The notes under the pieces are model-generated. The model had not been told where the DNA came from, searched no databases, and was given only the letters and a program-made list of their open reading frames with translations. The translations under genes were made by a program, and so were the position numbers. DNA of 45,588 nucleotides from an uncultured Candidatus Saccharibacteria bacterium (GTDB lineage: Bacteria; Patescibacteriota; Minisyncoccia; Phycocordibacterales; CSBR16-193): positions 1 through 45,588 of the forward strand of contig CAZLGQ010000002.1 of NCBI GenBank assembly GCA_964559575.1, in the 5' to 3' direction. This document shows, piece after piece, positions 17,579 to 26,317 of the stretch (the first letter of the stretch is position 1; every line of letters begins with the position of its first letter).

Positions 17579-18850
17579 TTAATTTAATAAAATATATAAA
17601 TCTGAGACGTTACTACCGGTAGCACCTGTTATTATCTGTCCGCCAACTTTAGCAAAAAAATTGTAACTATTATTGTCCAAGATAAACTGATCAGGGTCAA
17701 GGTATAACTTTTTAACATTAGCTTTTGTTTCCTTGTCACATATAGCACCGGCAACATCGGAATTATCTATACCGTCTGAGGCTGCTGATATAAAAACAGA
17801 TTCAGGTTGAAGGTTGGAAAGGGCAGATAATGCAACCTCTTGATTTCTTCCACCTTTACCATTACCGGTTATTTTTACTGTGGTTTCTCCTGCATTTATC
17901 TGAACCTTACCGGGTGAAAGATCTATACTGGCGATCTTCTTTCCAACAGTCTTAGCTTCTCCTGATATTTCTTTATTACCGGGAATGGTTTCGTACCCCA
18001 GTTCCTCAGCTTTTTTTTCCATTGCCTCAACGGCATCTGAGTTAGTTAGTATTAAAAAATTATTAACCTTTTCAAACCAACTTTCTTCTTTGGGGGTTTC
18101 AGTTAAAAAATGTTCGTATTTTTCATTCCATAAATTATATTTTTTTAAGACATTTTCAGCATCTTTGATATAAGTTTCATCTTTTACTGTCGGACCTGAA
18201 GCAATTATTGAAGTATCATTTCCGGGAACATCTGAAAATATTAAAGATATAACTTCCGCCGGAGATGCTATCTTTGCCATCTGACCTCCTTTTAGTGAAG
18301 ATAGATGTTTCCTTACAGTATTTAACTCATAAATATCAGCTCCTTTTTTTGTTAATGCTTTATTTGTTTCTATAAGTTCTTCTATACTGATTTTATAAGG
18401 AAAACTTAAAAGTGCTGATCCTCCACCTGATATAACGTTAATAATAAGATCTTTTTCTGAAGTAGATCTTAAAAGATCATTTATTTCTTTTCCAACAGAA
18501 AGATTTTTTTCAGAAGGCCAAGGGTGTGTACCTGTATATGTTTTAATTTTTTTAAGTTTACCTTCTGTTGTGTCTATAACAATTCCATCTTTTATGTAAT
18601 TTTCCAAGATGTCTTCCAGGATCTTTCCGGCTTCTAGGGAACACTTTCCTATACCTATAAAATAAATATTTTCATATTTGGAAAGATCAAATTCTTTATT
18701 TTTTACTGTTAAAATATTATCTTTGATTTTGATCTTTGATCTAATAACTTCTTTGGTGTTAATGGCTTCATAGCCGGCATTTAATATTTTAAGAGCATCT
18801 CTTCTTTTTTTATTGGTAGAAAGTTCCTCAAGGTTTTTAATGTAAGTCAT
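17579..18850 (-). CDS. Glycerate 2-kinase, MOFRL family (DUF4147 + MOFRL domains)
   Basis: 423 aa. GIGKCS, ISGGGSALL, GGETTV..G.GKGGRNQE and SDGIDN motifs are typical of TtuD/GckA-type glycerate kinases. Confidence 0.75.
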   Translation of the reverse strand: MTYIKNLEELSTNKKRRDALKILNAGYEAINTKEVIRSKIKIKDNILTVKNKEFDLSKYENIYFIGIGKCSLEAGKILEDILENYIKDGIVIDTTEGKLKKIKTYTGTHPWPSEKNLSVGKEINDLLRSTSEKDLIINVISGGGSALLSFPYKISIEELIETNKALTKKGADIYELNTVRKHLSSLKGGQMAKIASPAEVISLIFSDVPGNDTSIIASGPTVKDETYIKDAENVLKKYNLWNEKYEHFLTETPKEESWFEKVNNFLILTNSDAVEAMEKKAEELGYETIPGNKEISGEAKTVGKKIASIDLSPGKVQINAGETTVKITGNGKGGRNQEVALSALSNLQPESVFISAASDGIDNSDVAGAICDKETKANVKKLYLDPDQFILDNNSYNFFAKVGGQIITGATGSNVSDLYILLN

Positions 18851-18856
18851 AGTTTA

Positions 18857-18884
18857 ATTTTATTATTTTTTAAAAAACATTCAA
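18857..18884 (-). promoter_or_regulatory. Sigma70-type promoter TTGAAT-N16-TAAAAT, with the -10 hexamer ending 6 nt before the ATG at 18850 (predicted leaderless mRNA)
   Basis: Read on the minus strand: ttgaat (18884-18879), a 16-nt spacer, taaaat (18862-18857), taaact, then ATG. Confidence 0.5.
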
Positions 18885-18965
18885 TGGATAATTTTTTATA
18901 TAAGATCTATTTATCTTTGGACTACGAAGTTTTTTATTGGTAGTATTTTACTATTCTGATAACTT

Positions 18966-19050
18966 GCCGTGGTGGCGGAATTGGTAGACGCGCTGCGTTC
19001 AGGTCGCAGTTTCCTTTAAGGAAGTGGGAGTTCAACTCTCCCCCACGGCA
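18966..19050 (+). tRNA. tRNA-Leu (anticodon CAG), class II with long variable arm; CCA not encoded
   Basis: Acceptor gccgtgg/ccacggc, anticodon arm ctgcg-ttCAGgt-cgcag, variable arm tttcctttaaggaagt, T arm gggag-ttcaact-ctccc, discriminator A. Confidence 0.9.
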
Positions 19051-19073
19051 CACAAAATTTAAACAGTATTTTT

Positions 19074-20405
19074 ATGTCTTATAAAGATCATTTTAAGAAT
19101 AAGAGGGTGACACTTATGGGCTTGGGGGTTTTAGGAAGAGGAGTAGGTGATGCACGTTTTTTAGCCGAGCAGGGAGCCAAGGTGGTTGTGACCGATCTAA
19201 AGACCAAAAAAGATCTTAAGGATAGTGTTAAAGAGCTTGAGAACTTTAAAAATATTTCTTTAGTTTTAGGTGGTCATAGGATGAAAGATTTTAAGGAAAC
19301 AGATCTGGTTATAAAAGGAGCAGGCGTTCCTATTTCTTCCCCTTATATTGATCAAGCTCGTTTAGAAGGAATACCTATTAGAATGAGTTCAGCGCTTTTT
19401 GCTGAGATGACCCCGGCTACGGTTATAGGAGTAACCGGAACAAAAGGAAAAACTACCACATCATATCTTTTACATCACATATTTAATAAAGCCGGTAAAG
19501 AAGTTTTTCTGGGAGGAAATGCTCGTTTAATATCAACTCTGTCCTATTTACCTAAAAGTAAAAAAGGAGAGTTGGCGATATTGGAACTTGATTCATGGCA
19601 ACTTCAAGGTTTTGGTGAAGTTAAAATGTCTCCTTCTTTTTCTGTTTTTACCAATTTTTCTTCAGATCATATGGATTATTATAAAGGGGATATGGAAGCC
19701 TATTTTAAAGACAAATCCTATATATTTCTTTATCAGAAAAGAGGTGACGTTTTGGTTTTGGGAGAACAGGTTTACAAGAAAATGAAAGGATCTTATATGG
19801 AATCTATAAAAGGTGAGCTTGTTATTCCCACGATAAATAATATTCCTCGTAAATTAAGTTCACTAATTCCCGGGGAGCATAATTTGCATAATATTTCGTT
19901 AGCTGTTTCTTTGGCTGAAAGATTCGGTATATCTTCAAAGGAATCTTTTGATCATTTGGTTGACTTTAAAGGGGTACCCGGAAGGCTTGAATATAGAGGT
20001 TCTTTTAATGATAGAAAGTTTTACAACGATAATAACGCAACTACTCCCAGTGCTACTGTCTCTGCTATTGAAGCGCTTAAAAATAAAGGCCGGATAATTT
20101 TGATTGTCGGAGGGCATGATAAAGGTCTTTCTTTAACTGATATAAAAAATAAGATAAATTCTTCGGTTTTTATGTCTTTTGTTTTACCGGGGTCCGGAAG
20201 TGATAAGTTGCTTGATAAGTTAGATTTATCAAAAGTAAAAAAGGTTTCCGGAGTGGTTGAGTCTGTTAAGTTAGCTTATGAATCTTCTAAAGAAGGAGAT
20301 ATAATTCTTTTTAGTCCGGGATTTTCTTCTTTTTCTCAATTTAAAAATGCTTATCAGAGAGAAAAAGTTTTTTTAGAAGAGATAGATAAAAGATTCGGTC
20401 TTTGA
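19074..20405 (+). CDS. murD: UDP-N-acetylmuramoyl-L-alanine--D-glutamate ligase
   Basis: N-terminal Rossmann-like MGLGVLGRG, Mur ligase P-loop GVTGTKGKTTT. 443 aa. Confidence 0.85.
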   Translation: MSYKDHFKNKRVTLMGLGVLGRGVGDARFLAEQGAKVVVTDLKTKKDLKDSVKELENFKNISLVLGGHRMKDFKETDLVIKGAGVPISSPYIDQARLEGIPIRMSSALFAEMTPATVIGVTGTKGKTTTSYLLHHIFNKAGKEVFLGGNARLISTLSYLPKSKKGELAILELDSWQLQGFGEVKMSPSFSVFTNFSSDHMDYYKGDMEAYFKDKSYIFLYQKRGDVLVLGEQVYKKMKGSYMESIKGELVIPTINNIPRKLSSLIPGEHNLHNISLAVSLAERFGISSKESFDHLVDFKGVPGRLEYRGSFNDRKFYNDNNATTPSATVSAIEALKNKGRIILIVGGHDKGLSLTDIKNKINSSVFMSFVLPGSGSDKLLDKLDLSKVKKVSGVVESVKLAYESSKEGDIILFSPGFSSFSQFKNAYQREKVFLEEIDKRFGL

Positions 20406-20454
20406 TCCGATCTTTAGTTAATATAAATTATTAACTTTTTTAATATAGCTTATG

Positions 20455-20463
20455 TGCTATATT
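20455..20463 (+). promoter_or_regulatory. Extended -10 promoter element TGcTATATT, 7 nt before the murC ATG (predicted leaderless)
   Basis: tg c tatatt (20455-20463), spacer ttttata, ATG at 20471. Confidence 0.45.
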
Positions 20464-20470
20464 TTTTATA

Positions 20471-21802
20471 ATGAATAAATTTCAAGATTTTAAAAAGATA
20501 CATTTTATTGGTATTGGAGGAATAGGGATGTCTGCTTTAGCCGGGTTACTTTTAAAGCATGGAAAGGAAATATCCGGCTCTGATAGATCTTTATCTAAAA
20601 TAACAAAAGATCTTTCCGATAAAGGAGTAAAAGTCTTTAATTTGGAATCAAAAAGTAATATAGACAGTTCTTGTGATCTTGTAATATATACTCCCGCTGT
20701 CTCAGAAGAACATCCGGAGATTTTGACCGCAAAAAGTTTGGGTATAAAGATCATTTCTTACCCCGAAGCTTTGGGTTTGATCTCTGAGGAGTTTTTTACA
20801 GTTGCTGTTTCCGGTACTCACGGTAAAACAACTACAACCGCAATGATAATTCATGTTCTTGATGAGTTGGGTAGAAGCCCTAACGCTATAGTAGGATCTT
20901 TAATAAAAGGAAAAGATGGAAATGAAGATTCAAACTTTCGTTTTGGTAAAGAAGATATTTTTATAGTTGAAGCTTGTGAGTACAAAAGATCTTTTTTGAA
21001 GCTGTCTCCGGATGTTTTAGTTATTAATAATATTGAAGAAGATCATCTTGATTATTATAAGAATATATCTGATATAAAGGATTCTTTTAGAGATTTTGTA
21101 CAGTGTTTACCTAAAAAAGGTGTTTTGATCTCGTCTTTTGATAAAGATAATGTTGGTTCTGTTATTTCTGCTTTTAAAGGTTCTTTTATAGATTTTAAAA
21201 ATTATAATATCAACGGTACCGTTTTTCCTTTTGGGGGTGAACATAACAGATCAAATGCACAGACCGCTATTGCTGTTTTAGATGTGTTAGGTATTTCTAC
21301 CAAAGAATCAATTAATAGTTTGAAGACATTTCCGGGAACTTGGAGAAGGTTTGAGTATAAAGGCAAAACTAAAAAAGGAGCTATGGTTTTTGATGATTAT
21401 GCACATCATCCGAGTGAAGTTTTAGCAACTATTAAAGCGGCAAAAGAAAAGTATCCGGATAAAAATATTAATATTGTTTTTCAACCACATTTATATAGTA
21501 GACTTTCTTTTTTCTTTAATGATTTTATTAATTCTCTTTCAGGAGCTGATGTTACTGTTTTGACTCCGGTTTACCAAGCAAGAGATGAAGATAATAGTTT
21601 TTCTTATTCATCAGATGATCTCTTTGACGCTTTGGTTAGAAGGGGGAGGGTGTCTTATAAAGTTTCTTCTTTGAGGGATGCCGTAAAAAAAGTTTTAGAG
21701 ATATCTGATATTGATAGTATTGTTATAATGATGGGTGCCGGAGATATATATACTAAAACTCTGGAATTAGTGGAAAAAAATGAACCTAAAGTTATACTGT
21801 AA
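20471..21802 (+). CDS. murC: UDP-N-acetylmuramate--L-alanine ligase
   Basis: IHFIGIGGIGMSALA N-terminus, P-loop GTHGKTTTT, DDYAHHP motif. 443 aa. Confidence 0.88.
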   Translation: MNKFQDFKKIHFIGIGGIGMSALAGLLLKHGKEISGSDRSLSKITKDLSDKGVKVFNLESKSNIDSSCDLVIYTPAVSEEHPEILTAKSLGIKIISYPEALGLISEEFFTVAVSGTHGKTTTTAMIIHVLDELGRSPNAIVGSLIKGKDGNEDSNFRFGKEDIFIVEACEYKRSFLKLSPDVLVINNIEEDHLDYYKNISDIKDSFRDFVQCLPKKGVLISSFDKDNVGSVISAFKGSFIDFKNYNINGTVFPFGGEHNRSNAQTAIAVLDVLGISTKESINSLKTFPGTWRRFEYKGKTKKGAMVFDDYAHHPSEVLATIKAAKEKYPDKNINIVFQPHLYSRLSFFFNDFINSLSGADVTVLTPVYQARDEDNSFSYSSDDLFDALVRRGRVSYKVSSLRDAVKKVLEISDIDSIVIMMGAGDIYTKTLELVEKNEPKVIL

Positions 21803-21839
21803 GATAAAATGAGTTTTTAATTTTTAAAATTTAATTATT

Positions 21840-22100
21840 ATGTCTAGATCAACAGTTATAATTATTTCTTCTTTTTTAATAATTTTGATACCTTTTTTAG
21901 GTTTTCCCAGAAGTTGGGAACCCGGGATCATTTTCTTTTTAGCTAGCGTTATTATATTAGTTGAACTCTATGCTGTTTTATCTCGAGCACAGGAGGCATT
22001 TTTTCTTGACCATGAAATAGTTAATGATGTTTACACGGAAAAGGTTCAAAAAAGAAAAGAAGAATCCGGTTTTAATGAAAAAGAAACTGAAGATCAATAA
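21840..22100 (+). CDS. Small membrane protein (two predicted TM helices, acidic C-terminal tail), unknown function
   Basis: 86 aa with hydrophobic segments IIISSFLIILIPFLGF and IIFFLASVIILVELYAV. No family recognised. Confidence 0.4.
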   Translation: MSRSTVIIISSFLIILIPFLGFPRSWEPGIIFFLASVIILVELYAVLSRAQEAFFLDHEIVNDVYTEKVQKRKEESGFNEKETEDQ

Positions 22101-22135
22101 AATTATTAATAGTAAATAGTATTAAGAAAAGAGTA

Positions 22136-23440
22136 ATGAAGACGGTTTATGCAATATTAGCTTTGATAACTTTTTTTATACTGGTATTCCTTTTGGTTTT
22201 TACATCGGATGATTTTTTATCAAGTTCTGAAATAAAATATTTTAACGAAGAGGATTCTGAAGAAAAAGATGAGTTTTCAGAAGAAGAAAATATAGATAAA
22301 GAAGAAAAAGAGCAGTTAAAAGATGATGAAAAAGAACTGAAAAATGAGAAAAAAGAAGAAGATGATAAATTTAAACCATTACATCTGGATGTTCCTGACC
22401 AAGTAAGATCTATTTATATAACAAGTTGTTATGCCGGAACTCCTTCTTTAAGGAATGGCATAGTGGATCTTATAGAAAAAACCGAACTTAACTCTGTTGT
22501 TATTGATATAAAGGATTATACCGGTATGATATCTTTTAAATCAGAGCACTCTGATCTGGCCGAAGCCTATGCAACTCACTGCCCTGTTAGAGATATGAGG
22601 GAGTTTGTTCATGAATTAAATAAAAAGGACATATATGTTATTGGCAGAATTACCGTGTTTCAAGACAACTATTTAACAGATAAGCGTCCTGATCTAGCCG
22701 TTCTTCGTGAGAGTGATAAGGAGGTTTGGGAGGATTATAAAGGTATAAGTTTTACTGATCCGGGAGCAAAAGAGGTGTGGGATTATCATATAAAATTAAG
22801 TAAAGAATCTTATGAATTGGGTTTTGATGAAATAAATTTTGATTATATAAGGTTTCCTTCAGATGGACCTATGAGAGATATATACTTTCCTCATAGTAAA
22901 AATCGCAACAAAGCTGATGTAATGGAAGATTTTTTTTATTATTTACATAATGAATTAAAAGATGTGGGAGTTGTTACATCTGCAGATCTTTTTGGTTTAA
23001 CAACATCGGCTAATGATGATCTTGGTATAGGTCAGGTATGGGAGAGGGCTTTACCATATTTTGATTATATGTCTCCAATGATCTATCCTTCTCATTATCC
23101 TTATGGTTTTAAGGGATTAGGTAATCCTAATCATAGTCCTTATGAAGTGGTTAAATGGTCATTGGATGATGCTATAGAAAGAACAGTTGCTACCACTACT
23201 TTAGTTGAGACCATAGGATCAGAAAGAATAGGTACAAGTACTCCGGCAATATATACTAAGGAATCTTTTGATATAGATGTTATTCGTCCGTGGCTTCAGG
23301 ATTTTCGTTACGGTGGAACTTATGGAGTTGATGAAATAAGAAAACAGATACAGGCTGTTTATGATGCCGGTTTGGATTCATGGATGTTGTGGGATCCTTC
23401 CAATAGATATACTCCTGAAGCTCTAGAGCCTGCTTTTTGA
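22136..23440 (+). CDS. Membrane-anchored putative glycoside hydrolase (DUF4015-type TIM barrel) with an acidic low-complexity linker
   Basis: N-terminal TM helix, E/D/K-rich linker, then VVIDIKDYTG ... GRITVFQD ... GFDEINFDYIRFP, which matches my recollection of the DUF4015 'putative glycosyl hydrolase' signature. Confidence 0.55.
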   Translation: MKTVYAILALITFFILVFLLVFTSDDFLSSSEIKYFNEEDSEEKDEFSEEENIDKEEKEQLKDDEKELKNEKKEEDDKFKPLHLDVPDQVRSIYITSCYAGTPSLRNGIVDLIEKTELNSVVIDIKDYTGMISFKSEHSDLAEAYATHCPVRDMREFVHELNKKDIYVIGRITVFQDNYLTDKRPDLAVLRESDKEVWEDYKGISFTDPGAKEVWDYHIKLSKESYELGFDEINFDYIRFPSDGPMRDIYFPHSKNRNKADVMEDFFYYLHNELKDVGVVTSADLFGLTTSANDDLGIGQVWERALPYFDYMSPMIYPSHYPYGFKGLGNPNHSPYEVVKWSLDDAIERTVATTTLVETIGSERIGTSTPAIYTKESFDIDVIRPWLQDFRYGGTYGVDEIRKQIQAVYDAGLDSWMLWDPSNRYTPEALEPAF

Positions 23441-23507
23441 TTTTTTAACCACATAAAGATCCTAGCTTGTGTCTTTATAGATGTTATTATTTACATAGAT
23501 CTATTTT

Positions 23508-25175
23508 ATGAGAGATTTTGATTCAGAAAGAGTTACTTATATAGCGGAAACAGATTCTCGCAGTAAGCGAAAGGTTTTTGGTATTAAAAACAAAGACCGT
23601 TCTCGTCATATGTATGTTATAGGTAAGACCGGAATGGGGAAGTCTACTATTCTTGAGAATATGGCGGTTCAAGATATAAAAAACGGTGAAGGGTTGGCAT
23701 TTGTTGATCCTCATGGAAAGAGTGCCGATCTTCTTTTAGATTATATACCCAAAGAAAGAATAGGGGATGTGATATACTTTGCGCCTTTTGATACTGATTT
23801 CCCAATAGCTTTTAATGTCATGGAAGATATTGGTTATGATAAAAGGCATTTGGTTATGAGTGGATTAATGAGTGCTTTTAAAAAAATATGGGTTGATGCT
23901 TGGTCTCCAAGGATGGAGTATATTTTGGGAAATACTTTATTGGCACTTTTGGAATATCCTGATTCTACACTTTTAAGTATTAATAGAATGTTTTCTGATA
24001 AAGAGTATAGAAAATTGGTAGTTAATAATGTTACTGATAGTACGGTAAAAGCTTTTTGGGAAGAAGAATTTGCTCGTTATACCGACAGATTCGCCGCTGA
24101 AGCTACTCCGGCTATTCAAAACAAAGTGGGACAGTTTACTTCAAATCCCATAATCAGAAACATAATAGGTCAGCCGAAATCAAGTTTTAATTTAAGAGAT
24201 ATTATAGAAGAAAAGAAGATATTAATAATAAATCTTTCAAAAGGTAAGATAGGAGAAGCCAATGCTAATCTTTTGGGAAGTATGCTTATAACCAAACTGT
24301 ATCTTTCAGCTATGTCCAGAGCAGATATGGAGGAAAAAGATCTTAAAAAGGCACCGAACTTTTTTTTGTATGTGGATGAGTTCCAATCTTTTGCCAATGA
24401 ATCTTTTGCAGATATTTTATCTGAAGCCAGGAAGTATAAATTAAATCTCACAGTTGCTCATCAGTATATTGAACAGATGGCTGATGAGGTAAAAGAAGCG
24501 GTTTTTGGTAATATAGGAACCATGATCTCTTTTAGAGTGGGGGCTTATGATGCTGAGGTTTTAGAAAAGGAGTTTGCTCCTAAGTTTAGTGCGGAAGATC
24601 TGGTTAATTTGGGATTTGCTCAGATATATTTAAAACTTATGATAGATGGTGTCAGTTCAAATCCATTTTCAGCCAAAACTCTACCTCCAATAGAGTTACC
24701 GGAGGTTTCTTGGAGGAATGATATGGTAAATCACTCCAGAGAAAAATACTCCTATTCTAAAAAGGAAGTTGAAGAACATATAAAAAATTGGTACGAATCA
24801 AAAGTAAAAAACGAAGAAACAAATAAAAAAGAGAAAAGTGGCAAAAAGAAACCTTTTAATAAAAATTCTTTTATTAAAAAAAAGACACCTCCCCCTCAAG
24901 GTGACAGTGAAGAAGATGTTGGTGAAGAGTTAAAGAAGATCGTATCTAAAAAGAAAGAAGAAAGAAAAAATTCTTCTGATGATGAAGGAGGGGAAGATAG
25001 GGAAAAACTTCGTGAAGCTCTAAGTAGTCTTTCTCAAAAAAAAGTTTCTGAAAAAGAAGAAATTAAAGATAGATCAGATGAAAAATCAAAAGATGAGCAA
25101 AAGGATAAAAACAGTAGTAAAGTTGGTGAAGTATCTGAAGAAGAGTTGAGAAAAATTCTGGATGTAGATAATTAA
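23508..25175 (+). CDS. Soluble P-loop ATPase of the TraD/TrwB/VirD4 (type IV coupling protein-like, DUF87-related) class, with a ~150-aa K/E/S-rich C-terminal tail
   Basis: Walker A GKTGMGKST and Walker B-like FFLYVDEFQSF. No N-terminal TM segments. The tail from about aa 405 is low complexity. Confidence 0.55.
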   Translation: MRDFDSERVTYIAETDSRSKRKVFGIKNKDRSRHMYVIGKTGMGKSTILENMAVQDIKNGEGLAFVDPHGKSADLLLDYIPKERIGDVIYFAPFDTDFPIAFNVMEDIGYDKRHLVMSGLMSAFKKIWVDAWSPRMEYILGNTLLALLEYPDSTLLSINRMFSDKEYRKLVVNNVTDSTVKAFWEEEFARYTDRFAAEATPAIQNKVGQFTSNPIIRNIIGQPKSSFNLRDIIEEKKILIINLSKGKIGEANANLLGSMLITKLYLSAMSRADMEEKDLKKAPNFFLYVDEFQSFANESFADILSEARKYKLNLTVAHQYIEQMADEVKEAVFGNIGTMISFRVGAYDAEVLEKEFAPKFSAEDLVNLGFAQIYLKLMIDGVSSNPFSAKTLPPIELPEVSWRNDMVNHSREKYSYSKKEVEEHIKNWYESKVKNEETNKKEKSGKKKPFNKNSFIKKKTPPPQGDSEEDVGEELKKIVSKKKEERKNSSDDEGGEDREKLREALSSLSQKKVSEKEEIKDRSDEKSKDEQKDKNSSKVGEVSEEELRKILDVDN

Positions 25176-25187
25176 TTAATGTGATCA

Positions 25188-26210
25188 ATGTTTTCTATTA
25201 AGGAGAATGTTTTATTGGATTCTTTTACAACTTTAGGTGTAGGAGGTCCGGCACGTTTTTTTGTGAGACTTTCTTCAGTTAATGATATTAAAAAAATTGA
25301 ATCTTTTGCTAAAGAAAAAAAATTACCTTTAACTTTTATAGGAGAAGGATCTAATGTATTTATACCTGATAAGGGTTTAGAGAGTGTTGTGGTTAAAATA
25401 GAAACAAAAGGGATGGAGTGGAGGGATATAGAAAATGATCAGGTAGAAGTAAAGGTTTCAGCGGGTGAGAACTGGGATTTTTTTGTTAAAGAAAGTGTTG
25501 ATAGAGGTTTATATGGTGCGGAAAATTTATCCGGTATACCCGGTACGGTGGGAGCAGCTCCGATTCAGAATATAGGTGCTTATGGAGTTGAGGTCTCTGA
25601 CATTATTTACAATTTAGAAGTATATGATCTGGTAAAAAAAGATTTTTTTATTTTTAAAAAAGAAGAGTGTGATTTTGATTACAGAGATAGTTTTTTTAAG
25701 AAAAAATCCGGACGTTTTTTGATAACATCGGTTACGATGCATCTCTCTAAGGTTCGTGATCTAAAATGTAATTATAAAGATCTGAAAGAAAAAGTGAACG
25801 GTTCTTTAAATAAATTAACAAGTTCTGATATACGAGATATTATTCTTGATATACGTTTTAATAAATTTCCTGATAAAGATATTTTAGGAAGTGCCGGTTC
25901 TTTTTTTAAAAATCCGATAATATCAAATTCTGATTTTGAAAAACTTAAGGAAAAATATCCTGAAATTCCTTTTTATACTATTGATAAAAGTTCTGTTAAA
26001 ATTCCTTTAGCTTGGATACTGGATAATGTTTTAAATCTTAAAGGTGTTAAGTATGGAAAGGTTGGTTTATTCAAATCACAACCTTTAGTATTGGTAGCAT
26101 ATAATAAAGCTACCGGTTTTGAAGTTAAAAAATTTGCTGAAAAAATTAAAAAAGAAGTTAAGGAAAAGACCGGTATTGATATTGAATATGAAGTTAATTT
26201 TTTATCATAA
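25188..26210 (+). CDS. murB: UDP-N-acetylenolpyruvoylglucosamine reductase
   Basis: FTTLGVGGPARFF, GEGSNV, AGSFFKNP motifs. 340 aa. Confidence 0.85.
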   Translation: MFSIKENVLLDSFTTLGVGGPARFFVRLSSVNDIKKIESFAKEKKLPLTFIGEGSNVFIPDKGLESVVVKIETKGMEWRDIENDQVEVKVSAGENWDFFVKESVDRGLYGAENLSGIPGTVGAAPIQNIGAYGVEVSDIIYNLEVYDLVKKDFFIFKKEECDFDYRDSFFKKKSGRFLITSVTMHLSKVRDLKCNYKDLKEKVNGSLNKLTSSDIRDIILDIRFNKFPDKDILGSAGSFFKNPIISNSDFEKLKEKYPEIPFYTIDKSSVKIPLAWILDNVLNLKGVKYGKVGLFKSQPLVLVAYNKATGFEVKKFAEKIKKEVKEKTGIDIEYEVNFLS

Positions 26211-26317
26211 ATAACTGTCCACAGATTTTGTAAAAAAAAGTTGTAATAATATTTTTTTTGTAAGAAAATATAGGTAGGTCGTTAAGTTTTTATTAAAAAT
26301 AAAGATCTTAAAATTTT

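Noticed and set aside
1192-20754. Short antisense or out-of-frame ORFs from the six-frame track lying inside long conserved genes: 1192-1431, 2856-3056, 8657-8872, 9083-9265, 10199-10402, 10694-10924, 11987-12202, 13115-13417, 13404-13601, 14272-14557, 15333-15539, 16155-16346, 17340-17531, 17985-18173, 19588-19785, 19935-20117, 20482-20754
   Set aside because: Each is embedded in a much longer ORF with unmistakable family motifs. They have low-complexity or hydrophobic nonsense composition, typical of AT-rich shadow ORFs.
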